Made by a program: the position numbers and the translations under genes. From Armatimonadota bacterium (GTDB taxonomy: Bacteria; Armatimonadota; Zipacnadia; Zipacnadales; FEN-943): a DNA stretch of 41,756 bases. Below the pieces are notes generated by a model. The model saw nothing but the letters and a program-made list of their open reading frames with translations. It ran no database searches and was not told the DNA's origin. This document shows positions 9,076 through 18,344 of this stretch, piece by piece. Position 1 is the stretch's first letter; each line of letters starts with the position of its first letter. The DNA lies in assembly GCA_026419655.1 (NCBI GenBank), contig JANZZA010000042.1, positions 1-41,756 on the forward strand, given 5' to 3'.

Positions 9076-9983
9076 AATACGTGCTCGGGTTGAGCCTCGG
9101 GTCTTCAAGACGCGACAAGACCGTGGAAATAGAGCTGCTCGGGCAGCGCATAGTGGTGGAGCGGCGCGGCACCGATGGCGATACCGCCAAGTTCCGCCAG
9201 CTCATGCAGGAAAATGACGGCAGAGCTGACGTCCTGTGTGTCGGAGGCGCTAATTTGGCTCTCCACTGGCGAGGGCGCCGATACCCTCTAGAGTGCGTTG
9301 TGCGGCTGACGCGCGGAGTGTCCCAGACGCCGGTAGTTGATGGCTCTGGTGTCAAGGATAGTCTAGAGCGCTACGCAATAGGATGGTTGCAGGCTCGAGG
9401 TCTTGTAGATTGGTTCAATGCGAAGGTCCTTCTAGTTTCAGCCGTTGACCGCTTTGGCATGGCTGAGGAGCTCCGTGCGATTGGCGCGCGGCAAGTAATT
9501 TGCGGCGACCTTATGTTCAACCTCGGCATTCCCATCCCACTACGCTTTCGAGCCGTTGACATCCTGGCGCCCCTGTGCTTGCCTTTGCTGCGCCGTTTGC
9601 CAATGAGCTGGCTCTATCCGACCGGTCGTGCTCAGGAGCAGGTGCGCCCGCGCTATAAGGGCTGGTATGAGTGGGCCGACGTAATCGTCGGCGACTTTTT
9701 AATAATCCGTCGGTACATGCCAGAAGACCTTTCGGGAAAGCTGTTGGTTACGAATACGACCACGCAGGAAGATATTGACGAGCTGAGGCGCCGGAGGGTC
9801 GGGACGGTAGTGACGACTTCTTTACGTGTGGAAGGCCGCAGCTTCGGGACGAACATATTTGAGGGAGTGCTAAGGTGTCTTGCGGATGGACGGCACGCAG
9901 ACATGGTGCGGGAGGATTTTCTGTCCATTGCTCACAGCATTGGCTGGCAGCCTGAGGTGCTGGACCTGGCACCCGAGTGCTGA
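9072..9983 (+). CDS. Conserved protein of unknown function (family commonly auto-annotated 'quinate 5-dehydrogenase')
   Basis: It has the motifs SLGSS.RD..VE.ELLG......RRGTDGD, VDGSG.K..LER, VSAVDRFGMAE, GDF..IRRYMP and EGRSFGTN. These match my recollection of this uncharacterised family from thermophiles and anaerobes. The ATG at 9072 overlaps the dus stop (ATGA). Confidence 0.6.
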   Translation: MKYVLGLSLGSSRRDKTVEIELLGQRIVVERRGTDGDTAKFRQLMQENDGRADVLCVGGANLALHWRGRRYPLECVVRLTRGVSQTPVVDGSGVKDSLERYAIGWLQARGLVDWFNAKVLLVSAVDRFGMAEELRAIGARQVICGDLMFNLGIPIPLRFRAVDILAPLCLPLLRRLPMSWLYPTGRAQEQVRPRYKGWYEWADVIVGDFLIIRRYMPEDLSGKLLVTNTTTQEDIDELRRRRVGTVVTTSLRVEGRSFGTNIFEGVLRCLADGRHADMVREDFLSIAHSIGWQPEVLDLAPEC

Positions 9984-10004
9984 GGACTGAGGAGTCGAAA
10001 ACCG

Positions 10005-11084
10005 TTGGCAAGGTTTGCCTTCATTATCCACCCGCTCGAGGTCTCGGACGTAGCGCGCAAGTACAAGATTGCACGCTACTTGCCCGGCTCGTGGGTTGAA
10101 GCGGCGCTGGCCTGGATGCAGCCCAAGGTGGTCAGTGAAATAACGGGGCTTGTCTCGGCGGCGGGGGCAAGTGCCGAAGGATGGTTTGTGGGTTGTCCTG
10201 CGACGCCTCGACAGCTTCTCGAAGGTGGCCAACGCGTGCTTGAGAAAGTCATCCAGGCTGCCCGACTGGCTGAGAGTATCGGTGCGGACATCATTGGCCT
10301 GGGGGCTTACACCAGCATTGTCGGCAATGGCGGCGCCGAGGTAGCAGCAGCGGTAGATGCTGCGGTCACCACGGGGAACAGCTACACCTGCTTCACTGCT
10401 GTCGAGGCTGCCTTAAGGGCTGCGGAGATGATGGGCATCGTACCGGCCCAGGCAACAGCCGCTGTGCTTGGTGCCACTGGCTCCATCGGCCGGGCGTGCT
10501 CGATATTGCTGGCGGATAAAGCCGGACGTCTTGTCCTGGCCGGCCGCCGGCGCGACCGACTCGACCAGGTGGCCGCAGAGGCTGCTGCGCATGGAGCGAG
10601 CGGAGTGGAAATTCACGACAGCGTTGCTCAGGCTCTTCGGGACGCCGACATCGTTATAACTGTGACCTCAGCTCTGGAGGCCATCGTTGAGCCGCAGCAC
10701 CTTAGGCCTGGCGCGGTGGTTTGTGACGTAGCGCGGCCGCGTGATGTGTCCCGGCGGGTTGTCGAGGAGCGGGACGATGTTCTGGTAATCGAGGGTGGGG
10801 TCGTGAAGGTCCCGGGCCCTGTGGAGTTTCACTTTGACTTCGGTTTCCCGCCTGGGACGGCTTATGCGTGCATGGCGGAGACGATGATGTTGGCCTTAGA
10901 GGAAAGGATAGAAGACTATTCGATTGGCCGCGACCTGGAGCTGGAAAAGGTCTTAGAAGTGGGGACTCTAGCAAGAAAGCATGGGTTTGAGTTGGCCGGT
11001 TTCCGTGCCTTCGAGCGGGCGGTGACTGAGGAAACCATAGCGCGCGTGCGAGAGCGGGCGGCGGCAAAGCGGCGGGTCGCCTAA
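10005..11084 (+). CDS. Homologue of long-chain acyl-ACP reductase (AAR family; often auto-annotated shikimate/quinate 5-dehydrogenase)
   Basis: It appears collinear with cyanobacterial AAR as I recall it. Shared features are FAFIIHP near the N-terminus, [22 protein letters not shown], the Rossmann motif [11 protein letters not shown] and YACMAETMM, which is the position of the AAR catalytic Cys. It has a TTG start with a GAGGAG SD ~10 nt upstream. Confidence 0.6.
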   Translation: MARFAFIIHPLEVSDVARKYKIARYLPGSWVEAALAWMQPKVVSEITGLVSAAGASAEGWFVGCPATPRQLLEGGQRVLEKVIQAARLAESIGADIIGLGAYTSIVGNGGAEVAAAVDAAVTTGNSYTCFTAVEAALRAAEMMGIVPAQATAAVLGATGSIGRACSILLADKAGRLVLAGRRRDRLDQVAAEAAAHGASGVEIHDSVAQALRDADIVITVTSALEAIVEPQHLRPGAVVCDVARPRDVSRRVVEERDDVLVIEGGVVKVPGPVEFHFDFGFPPGTAYACMAETMMLALEERIEDYSIGRDLELEKVLEVGTLARKHGFELAGFRAFERAVTEETIARVRERAAAKRRVA

Positions 11085-11121
11085 TACCCGGCGCGTAGGC
11101 TTAGGTTCTGCGAGGCGAGCC

Positions 11122-12597
11122 ATGCAGTACCCACCCGACGAACGTGAGCAAAGACTGGCGCGGCTGCGGAGGATGCAGGCCGAAGGCCGCGACCCCTTTT
11201 CGGTGCAGAGTTTCCAGCGCACCCACGCTTGCCGTGAAATAGTGCTCGGCTACCCGGCGAACGATGGTCACCAAGTGGCGGTAGCTGGCCGACTGATGGC
11301 CATGCGTCGCCATGGTAAGTCTACCTTTTCGGACCTTCACGATGAGAGCGGGCGGCTACAAGTGCACGCGCGCATAGATGTTCTTGGCAGCGAAGGGTAC
11401 CAGGAGTTTCTGGAGATAGACTTAGGGGACTTTGTAGGTGTCACGGGGACCGTTTTCCGCACCCGCACGGGAGAAGTGACAGTACTCGTGCAAGATTGGC
11501 AGTTGTTAGCTGTGGCCTTGCGGCCGCTTCCGGAGAAGTACCATGGCCTGCGCGACGTGGAAGTGCGGTCGCGGCGGCGCTATCTGGACCTCATTGCCAA
11601 TCCGGAAGTGAGGGATGCTTTCCGCGCACGGGCGCGGATGATTCAGGCCGCTCGCAACCTCCTCAACGCCCGGGGTTTTCTTGAAGTGGAGACCCCGATG
11701 ATGCAGCCAATTTATGGCGGCGCGGCTGCCAGGCCCTTTGTCACACACCACAACGCCCTCCACATGGACCTGTTCCTGCGGGTTGCCCCAGAGCTTTACC
11801 TGAAGAGGCTAATCGTAGGCGGCTTTGAGCGCGTCTACGAAATAGGGCGCGTGTTCCGCAACGAAGGCGTGGACAGCCGCCATAACCCGGAGTTCACCAT
11901 TCTCGAAGCATATCAAGCCTATGCCGATTACCATGACTTGATGGAGCTTACGGAACAGCTAGTTGTTGCCATGGCTTCGGCCGCCGTAGGAAGACACGTC
12001 ATTTGCTATCGGGGCCAGGAGATTGACCTAAGGCCACCTTGGCGTCGGCTAAGTTTCTTCGAGGCGCTGCAGGAAGCTACTGGAATGGACCTCTCCGGTC
12101 TCGAAGACGACGCTGAGGCTACTGCTTTGGCGACTCGCCTGGGTATCGGTGACCCGCCGCCCAGTAACTGTCCTGACTTTCTTGATCGTGCTTTCGCCGA
12201 GTACGTCCAGCCCAAACTCATCCAGCCTACGATTGTTTACGACTATCCACTGGCTCTTTCGCCGCTGGCCAAGCGCCATGCCGACCGCCCGCAGGTTGCT
12301 GCTCGCTTTGAGCCCTTCATTGGTGCCGAAGAAGTGGGAAACGCTTTCAGCGAACTTAACGACCCTTTGGACCAGCGCCGGCGATTCGAGGAACAGGCCG
12401 CCTTGCGCGCAAAGGGTATGCTCGAAGGCCACCCGCTAGACGAGGATTTTCTCTTGGCTCTCGAGCACGCCATGCCGCCCACTGGCGGTCTCGGCCTGGG
12501 CATTGACCGCCTGGCTATGATACTTCTGAGCAGACCCAGCCTTCGCGAGGTCATTTTGTTTCCGCTGCTGCGGCCTGAGGAATCGGCAGATGCTTAG
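11122..12597 (+). CDS. lysS: Lysine--tRNA ligase, class II
   Basis: It has an OB-fold N-domain and the motifs [58 protein letters not shown] and HNPEFT. The C-terminal motif GGLG.GIDRL is also present. Confidence 0.95.
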   Translation: MQYPPDEREQRLARLRRMQAEGRDPFSVQSFQRTHACREIVLGYPANDGHQVAVAGRLMAMRRHGKSTFSDLHDESGRLQVHARIDVLGSEGYQEFLEIDLGDFVGVTGTVFRTRTGEVTVLVQDWQLLAVALRPLPEKYHGLRDVEVRSRRRYLDLIANPEVRDAFRARARMIQAARNLLNARGFLEVETPMMQPIYGGAAARPFVTHHNALHMDLFLRVAPELYLKRLIVGGFERVYEIGRVFRNEGVDSRHNPEFTILEAYQAYADYHDLMELTEQLVVAMASAAVGRHVICYRGQEIDLRPPWRRLSFFEALQEATGMDLSGLEDDAEATALATRLGIGDPPPSNCPDFLDRAFAEYVQPKLIQPTIVYDYPLALSPLAKRHADRPQVAARFEPFIGAEEVGNAFSELNDPLDQRRRFEEQAALRAKGMLEGHPLDEDFLLALEHAMPPTGGLGLGIDRLAMILLSRPSLREVILFPLLRPEESADA

Positions 12598-13504
12598 CCA
12601 GGCACGCTATTTGCTGGTGGCCATGAGGCCATACCAGTGGACGAAGAACGGCCTCGTCCTCGCTGCTCTTATCTTTGCCCACCGTTGGAACGACCCTCAG
12701 TCTATTCGCCTCGTTGGTATGGCCTTCGTGGCCTTCTGTGTGCTTGCTAGCTTCACATATTTACTTAACGACTTGCGTGATGCGAAGGAGGACCGACTCC
12801 ATCCGCGCAAACGCAACCGGCCTATTGCGGCAGGGCTGCTTTCGCCATCCGTGGCTATTGTTGCAGCCGCTCTTCTTCTTGCTTCAGGGCTGGCCTTGGC
12901 CTTCGCTGTTAATCTTTCGACCGGGGCCATCGCTGCGTCATACGTGGTGATTACCGTTTTCTATCAGATTGGCCTGAAGACAGTCGCCATTATAGACGTG
13001 CTTGCCATCGCTGCAGGGTTTGTCTTGCGGGCGGTGGCCGGGGCGACCGCCATTCAGGCCGAGATAAGTCCCTGGCTGCTCATCTGCACAGTCCAGTTGG
13101 CCTTGTTCCTGGCCCTGGCGAAACGCCGCGGGGAAATAGTGGTGCTCGGCGAGGATGCCGCGGCTCACCGCGCCAGCCTAGCTCACTATTCGACCTATCT
13201 GTTGGACCAGATGATTGCCGTGGTTACCGCTTCAACCGTCATGTCCTATGCCCTGTATACCATCGCCGAGCGCACCGTCCACATTGTCGGCAGCACTAAC
13301 CTCATGTACACGATTCCCTTCGTTCTCTACGGCATCTTCCGCTATCTTTACCTCATACACAACTACGGCGAAGGCGACGCTCCTGACCGGATCCTCCTCA
13401 CCGATAAACCGATCCTCGTCAACTTGCTGCTTTACGTTATCGCTGTGGTAATCATTCTCGAGCTTGGGGGCGGGCACCAGGCGACGCCAGTTGCTGGACA
13501 GTGA
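12590..13504 (+). CDS. UbiA-family prenyltransferase of the decaprenyl-phosphate phosphoribosyltransferase (DPPR synthase) type
   Basis: It has [17 protein letters not shown] and [26 protein letters not shown], and about 8-9 predicted TM helices. The ATG overlaps the lysS 3' end by 8 nt. Confidence 0.75.
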   Translation: MLSQARYLLVAMRPYQWTKNGLVLAALIFAHRWNDPQSIRLVGMAFVAFCVLASFTYLLNDLRDAKEDRLHPRKRNRPIAAGLLSPSVAIVAAALLLASGLALAFAVNLSTGAIAASYVVITVFYQIGLKTVAIIDVLAIAAGFVLRAVAGATAIQAEISPWLLICTVQLALFLALAKRRGEIVVLGEDAAAHRASLAHYSTYLLDQMIAVVTASTVMSYALYTIAERTVHIVGSTNLMYTIPFVLYGIFRYLYLIHNYGEGDAPDRILLTDKPILVNLLLYVIAVVIILELGGGHQATPVAGQ

Positions 13505-13606
13505 CAGTATTGTCGTGCAGGACTAGCTAGCTGTCGCCATGTGCACCAGCTATTGCGAAATTGCCGGCCGCGAGGCCCGAAAAATACCGCGAGAAGGATT
13601 AGCTTT

Positions 13607-16600
13607 TCAGTAGCCCGGTACCTCCCAGGGTTTAGTCCAGAGCTGGGTGCAGCGGTTGCGCGACGGGGCCACAGCACCTTTACAAAGCAGGGCCACACAA
13701 GTAGCCTGGTCGGCGTCAACGCGAAGAGAAGCGGTCCTTATGTTGGCATCTTCTAAGCGCGTCCAGACGCCATCGCGCCACTCGCCCCACTCGCCCTTCG
13801 CCGGGAGGGCCGGTAGCTTCAACTCGCCTGCTTCGAAGGGGCAGACTACGACCGCCTGGCTCCTGCGCAGGTCCTGACCATCCAGACTCGCCACGCCAAC
13901 CATCGGGCCACCAGCGACGATTTGCTCTCCGTTTATCGTTATTCCGCCTGCTGCCAGGGCCAGGAGAACCTTGCCGTCGTTGCTCACGACGGCCACGGCT
14001 GGCCACCAGGGCCGCGCGGTCAATTCTACCGGGCCGGCCGTCGTCTCTATTGTCACCTTGTTGGGCGCGTCGTCGGCGGTCCCATAAACAACGTATGCAT
14101 CGGCCGTAGCGGTTTTCTGGCGCATCACGTGAAGCCGGTGATCGTTGGGTGAGACTTTAATCGCGACAGGAGATTGCTGAAGTGCCGCAAAAGCGCGTGC
14201 GTACACTCTGCAGAGCGCCTCAATCTCTTCCCGCCCTGCAAATTCCAAGGGGTCGGCCAGCCAGATGACGACGCCGTTCTCTACTTTACGCCTGGTGAGC
14301 ACCGGATGGCCATCGGCGGCGAGGAGCACTTCTGTGTTCGGGCCGGGCTTGATGCGCACCTGGGGACGAAGCAAGAGTGTGTCGGTCTCATTTCCTACTA
14401 ATAGTTCTGGGCCGCGATAGCGCTCTGGACCCGCGAACAGCAGCTCAGCGGCGGTGCAGCCGGTGAGGGCTGCTAGCCTTTGCGGGCCTAGCTGCTGGCG
14501 CATTTCGTCCCAACCGGGATAGCCGCTCACCAGTAGCTGCCCGCCACGTCGCACCCATTCCAGCACAGCCTGGAAATCTTCTTCCCTCGCCGCCAGGGCA
14601 GCAGGCCAGATCAGCGTCTTCGTTGCAGTAGGGAGACTCGCCGCGGCGAAATCATCAGCGACGTTGAAGGGTATGTGCAGGCGCAACAATGCCTGTGCCG
14701 CCATGAAAATGGCCTGACGCCCGTGGACGTCAGAGTTTCCCAGCCTCAAAGGGGTCGGGGCCAGGACGGTGACTTGTGGCGCCTCATACTTCGGCGCCAG
14801 AAGCCGCCACATGAGGCTGAGGTTGCGATGGGCATAGGCTACGTCCTTGGGCACGAAGTCGTTGGGGTACAGGATACCCCAGGGGAAGACCCACTCATCG
14901 GCGTCGCGCAGACACCAGTTCTGTATTTTTGAGACCCCCATGCCCAGAGCATATGCGGCCACTGTGAGGAAAAGCTGTTTTTGCTGCTGCTCAGTACGCA
15001 CGATGTGGTATCCGGCAGCGCCGTTTTCAATGCTCCAGGCCGGATGTGTCTTGACCCCGTATTCGCCAAGGTTGACGCTCTTGCCGGCGTAGCGCATGTC
15101 ATTGAAGGCGATGCGCTCTGGTAGGATTATCAGGTCGTCCCTGGGCGTGCTGAAGAAGCCGAAATTAGACACGTCATGGCCGTTAAGAGTGAGGCGCAAG
15201 TCCAGGCCGTGCCATGAATCCTGGTAGTATTCGCTGGTTATGGGGTGGGATGGGTCGCCGGCGCGGATTTCCTGCACGTGTCGCTCAATCCAGCGGCGCA
15301 TGAGCCAGACGTTGAAGTTTTGCCGCTCCACTTCGACCGGGTCGTCCCAAGCCCCAGAGTTGGGCGGTGGAAAGTCAAGTTGTCCCAGGGGCGCGGGCAG
15401 TTGTTCCGTACGCCAGGCTCTGGCCAGAGCCTGGTCGCTGCCATATTTGCCTGTCAGATACTCATTCCAGGCTTTCTTCAGCCACGGAAGGTCTTCGTAG
15501 CGCAACTGAAAGTCTCCATTGATGTACCAGAGCAGGCCGGGCGTCTTGCCGAGCCTCCTGGCGTACTCGCTGCACATGCGGCCTTGCGCGGCCAGTTCGT
15601 CATCGTTGACCGCCACGTTATGCCCGATCAGTATGCCGCACATGAATACCAGCCCGCGTTTCATGAGCATTTGTGCCATGGCCTCGAAGGAGCGCCAGTC
15701 TTCTTCTTCAAAAACGTGGCCGGGCTTAGTGTACTGAAGGATTTCGTAAACCTGCAGGCCGCAATCGCGAGCAATGCGCTGGATTTGGTCCCAGCGATAG
15801 GGATTAATACCTCCAGCCTGATAGTCGTTGCTATAGTTGTCCGACCCGAACAGGAATACAGGTCGGTCATTGAGGCGGAAGTAGTTGTCGCGAAATTCCA
15901 GGCGCGGGCCGGCGCGCACTTCCGCTTCGTCGCGCAGGACAACGCCGGTCTTTGCCTGGTCAATCACCTGGTTGTCTGTAGCGAGACGGGCGTCAATTTC
16001 CAGCAGCCCCCTGGCTGCCGCAGAAGGCTTAATGGTCACCGCAAACTCTCCAGTATCCCCTGCGCTGACGTTGACTGGCGCGCGTCCCGAAGCTACCAAC
16101 TTCCCCTTGCAGTAGGCGGTCATCTCGACCGTGCCCACAAGGGGCTGGGCGCCATAGTTGCTCACCCTGGCACGGATGGTGACCGGTTCACCCCGCTTGT
16201 AAAGGTCTTTTTCTCCCCGCAGGTTGTGAAGAAAGCAGCCACGGAGGAGCCATTTGGTGAGCACTGCGAGCCGCTGGGCCGAGCCGGGCACCGCCGGTCC
16301 GAAGAGGGGCTTGTTTTCCACGCCGAAATATGCCGAGAGCGACCGCGCGTAAAAACCTGAATAGTTTAGCAGCAGGGCTGCAGCGGCACCCCGGGGCCGT
16401 CCGTAGCGGTCTTTCGATACCAGCAAGGGGACCCAACGAGCGTTGTCCCAGCCGGTCACACCTGCGGCCACCCAACCCTCCACCGTGCCGGGAATTTTCC
16501 CGCCGCCCATGATGGTCTGGCCAGGCGCAGGCTCCACCGAAACCGCTCGGCGCAGCCGATAATGCGCGTCGCACATGCCCATCTGGTAAGGCATAAGTTC

Positions 16601-18052
16601 CAAGCCGTCGCCTGGCTTGCCGCTTGACGTATTAAGCGGCCGGTATCGCAATCCCGTAACGTCAATGAGCTGGGCCTTGTCCAACCACACTTGTCCGGTG
16701 GCACCATAGAGGCCGAACTTGATGAATACCCTGTCAACTTCGTAGGCGGGCTGGAAGGTGTAGCTTACTTCCCGCCAGTCGTTGTCTCCGGTTAGCTGGA
16801 CGAGGTCGTAGGGCTTCACGAGCCGGTCGCCGCTGTACTGGTACAGTGCGACAAAGGCAAAATGCCGGCCTTTTACGTCGCGCGTCTTAATCCACGCCCG
16901 GAAAGCGTACTCGTGGCCGGGTTTCACTGGCATCCATGCATACCAGACAGGCTCCCCAGGGCCCGGCGCCTGGGGGTCAAGCTTGACCGTCGCGACTCTT
17001 GTGCCTTCGACCTCTGCGCTCGTTTCAATGAAGCATCGGCTTGCGTCCTCACGATGCCATTGGCCGTCCAGGGCCACTCCACCTACGGGAGCATTGTCAG
17101 CTTTTTCGAAGCCGCCATCGGGCAGGAGATTGTTGGGCCAGCGCATTTTTTCCTCGCGTACCGCCCGCCAGCGCTGGGCCCAGTTCACCCATCTACCGTT
17201 CTCCCGCACCATCGGGTCGTTCAGCGGGTAGCCGCCTACGACAACCAGTTTCCCGCCTGCCCGGCAAAAATCCACAATTTGAGACCGCAGCGCCATGGGA
17301 TAGGCTGGGCCATAGCCAAGAACGAGCAGGCCGTTTGCACCAGGCCTGAGAAGCTCTGCCATCTGCTCCGTAGTGGCCGCTTGAGCATCTAGGCCGGCTG
17401 AGCGGAGAACATTTACCGCCCACGACGGGTCGACTCCCCCAGGCGGCACAGGTAGGTCGGCCTCTGACCAGACAACCACCCTTTCCGACGCTATACCGGC
17501 GGGCATCCATTCTGTCACTTCGTCAATGCCGCGTGGTTGATCGCCTTCCACAAGCGTGAAGTCGTCAAAATACGCTCTGCCGACGGCACGGTAAAAGCCG
17601 AAGTGCACGTTGATTGTGGCTGTGTCCGGTGTGAGGTCGAAGGTATAAGTGTACCGCTTCCATTCGGCCGGCTCGCGGAGCTGGACAAAATCGCGGAAGG
17701 CAACCAGGGCGCCGTCTTCGCTGTACTGGTAGATGGCTGCATAAGCAAATCCGCCCTCAGCCGTGACCCGGACTTCTTCGACGCGGATGTCGCAGGCCAC
17801 AGTCATGCGCTGCCAACTGGGGCGGCGAAAAACTGACTGAGTGGCCATGCCCTCTTCGATCAGGACGCAGCGATTGCCTGGCCTGTCTACGACTATGGAA
17901 GAGGCCATGGGCATTATCCAGCCCCGCGTGCCGTCGAAGCGGCCATTGACGATGTAGGACGGGACCTGTGTGAAGCACGGGCTGATGGCCAACAGCGCCA
18001 GGAACATGGCTGACCCTCCAGTTGGGGCGGTTTTTCGGGCCGCTGCTGTCAT
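13607..18052 (-). CDS. Large secreted multidomain glycoside-hydrolase-like protein (two CBM4/9-like jelly rolls, two GATase-like/GH42 'trimerisation'-type domains, TIM-barrel region, beta-sandwich C-terminus)
   Basis: A 4.4-kb ORF. The signal-peptide-like N-terminus reads MTAAARKTAPTGGSAMFLALLAISPCF. An alternative ATG at 18007 has a GGAGGG SD 6 nt upstream. Two NG.FD/F.K...W jelly-roll segments are present. The TIM-barrel-like stretch reads RPVFLFGSDNY...GLVFMCG...NLGEYG. A GH42-domain-B-like block follows (TLIWPA...WVRRGGQLLVSGYPG). The family assignment is approximate. Confidence 0.7.
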   Translation of the reverse strand: MTAAARKTAPTGGSAMFLALLAISPCFTQVPSYIVNGRFDGTRGWIMPMASSIVVDRPGNRCVLIEEGMATQSVFRRPSWQRMTVACDIRVEEVRVTAEGGFAYAAIYQYSEDGALVAFRDFVQLREPAEWKRYTYTFDLTPDTATINVHFGFYRAVGRAYFDDFTLVEGDQPRGIDEVTEWMPAGIASERVVVWSEADLPVPPGGVDPSWAVNVLRSAGLDAQAATTEQMAELLRPGANGLLVLGYGPAYPMALRSQIVDFCRAGGKLVVVGGYPLNDPMVRENGRWVNWAQRWRAVREEKMRWPNNLLPDGGFEKADNAPVGGVALDGQWHREDASRCFIETSAEVEGTRVATVKLDPQAPGPGEPVWYAWMPVKPGHEYAFRAWIKTRDVKGRHFAFVALYQYSGDRLVKPYDLVQLTGDNDWREVSYTFQPAYEVDRVFIKFGLYGATGQVWLDKAQLIDVTGLRYRPLNTSSGKPGDGLELMPYQMGMCDAHYRLRRAVSVEPAPGQTIMGGGKIPGTVEGWVAAGVTGWDNARWVPLLVSKDRYGRPRGAAAALLLNYSGFYARSLSAYFGVENKPLFGPAVPGSAQRLAVLTKWLLRGCFLHNLRGEKDLYKRGEPVTIRARVSNYGAQPLVGTVEMTAYCKGKLVASGRAPVNVSAGDTGEFAVTIKPSAAARGLLEIDARLATDNQVIDQAKTGVVLRDEAEVRAGPRLEFRDNYFRLNDRPVFLFGSDNYSNDYQAGGINPYRWDQIQRIARDCGLQVYEILQYTKPGHVFEEEDWRSFEAMAQMLMKRGLVFMCGILIGHNVAVNDDELAAQGRMCSEYARRLGKTPGLLWYINGDFQLRYEDLPWLKKAWNEYLTGKYGSDQALARAWRTEQLPAPLGQLDFPPPNSGAWDDPVEVERQNFNVWLMRRWIERHVQEIRAGDPSHPITSEYYQDSWHGLDLRLTLNGHDVSNFGFFSTPRDDLIILPERIAFNDMRYAGKSVNLGEYGVKTHPAWSIENGAAGYHIVRTEQQQKQLFLTVAAYALGMGVSKIQNWCLRDADEWVFPWGILYPNDFVPKDVAYAHRNLSLMWRLLAPKYEAPQVTVLAPTPLRLGNSDVHGRQAIFMAAQALLRLHIPFNVADDFAAASLPTATKTLIWPAALAAREEDFQAVLEWVRRGGQLLVSGYPGWDEMRQQLGPQRLAALTGCTAAELLFAGPERYRGPELLVGNETDTLLLRPQVRIKPGPNTEVLLAADGHPVLTRRKVENGVVIWLADPLEFAGREEIEALCRVYARAFAALQQSPVAIKVSPNDHRLHVMRQKTATADAYVVYGTADDAPNKVTIETTAGPVELTARPWWPAVAVVSNDGKVLLALAAGGITINGEQIVAGGPMVGVASLDGQDLRRSQAVVVCPFEAGELKLPALPAKGEWGEWRDGVWTRLEDANIRTASLRVDADQATCVALLCKGAVAPSRNRCTQLWTKPWEVPGY

Positions 18053-18344
18053 TCTACTCGCACTGGCGAGCTCCTGCGGGGGCGGCCCCCGGAATACGGC
18101 AAATAGAGCCAAAAAGTCTGGGAAAAAGTGGACTACAGGAGAACCTCTGCGCAAGGGTTGCCTCAGAAAACGATTTCAGCCGCGTGGCCTGCACCGACTG
18201 GGAGGACAGAAGGACAGGCGTAAAAGCCGCCTTCGAATACCCACACAGGAGGAAGCGTAAAGCGGCGTGCGCCTAGCCTTCCACCTGCGGGAGCATCCGG
18301 CGCCGAGAAAGCGAGTTTTGTAACACGCTCCGGGAAAAAGCCTG

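Noticed and set aside
13505-13606. A convergent 100-nt gap lies between the UbiA gene and the glycosidase-like gene, with a GGCC-TCGC-GGCC mini-hairpin next to an A5/T5 run.
   Set aside because: The stem is only 4 bp. The T-run is on the wrong side for the minus-strand gene, and the plus-strand side has an A-run. This is not a convincing bidirectional terminator.
15245-16360. A 371-aa plus-strand ORF lies antisense inside the giant glycosidase-like gene. Similar antisense ORFs are 16862-17392 and 14847-15092.
   Set aside because: Long stop-free antisense frames are expected in GC-rich coding DNA. The translation is low-complexity (R/A/G/P/V-rich) with no motifs, no SD and no independent intergenic space. 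The sense frame has clear domain structure.
18125-18135. The 11-mer TAGTCCACTTT occurs upstream of both the giant glycosidase-like gene (minus strand, 18125-18135) and lipA (plus strand, 21899-21909, inside its promoter spacer).
   Set aside because: For a ~42-kb window read on both strands, hundreds of chance 11-mer coincidences are expected. The flanking sequence does not align, and only the lipA copy sits in a credible promoter.
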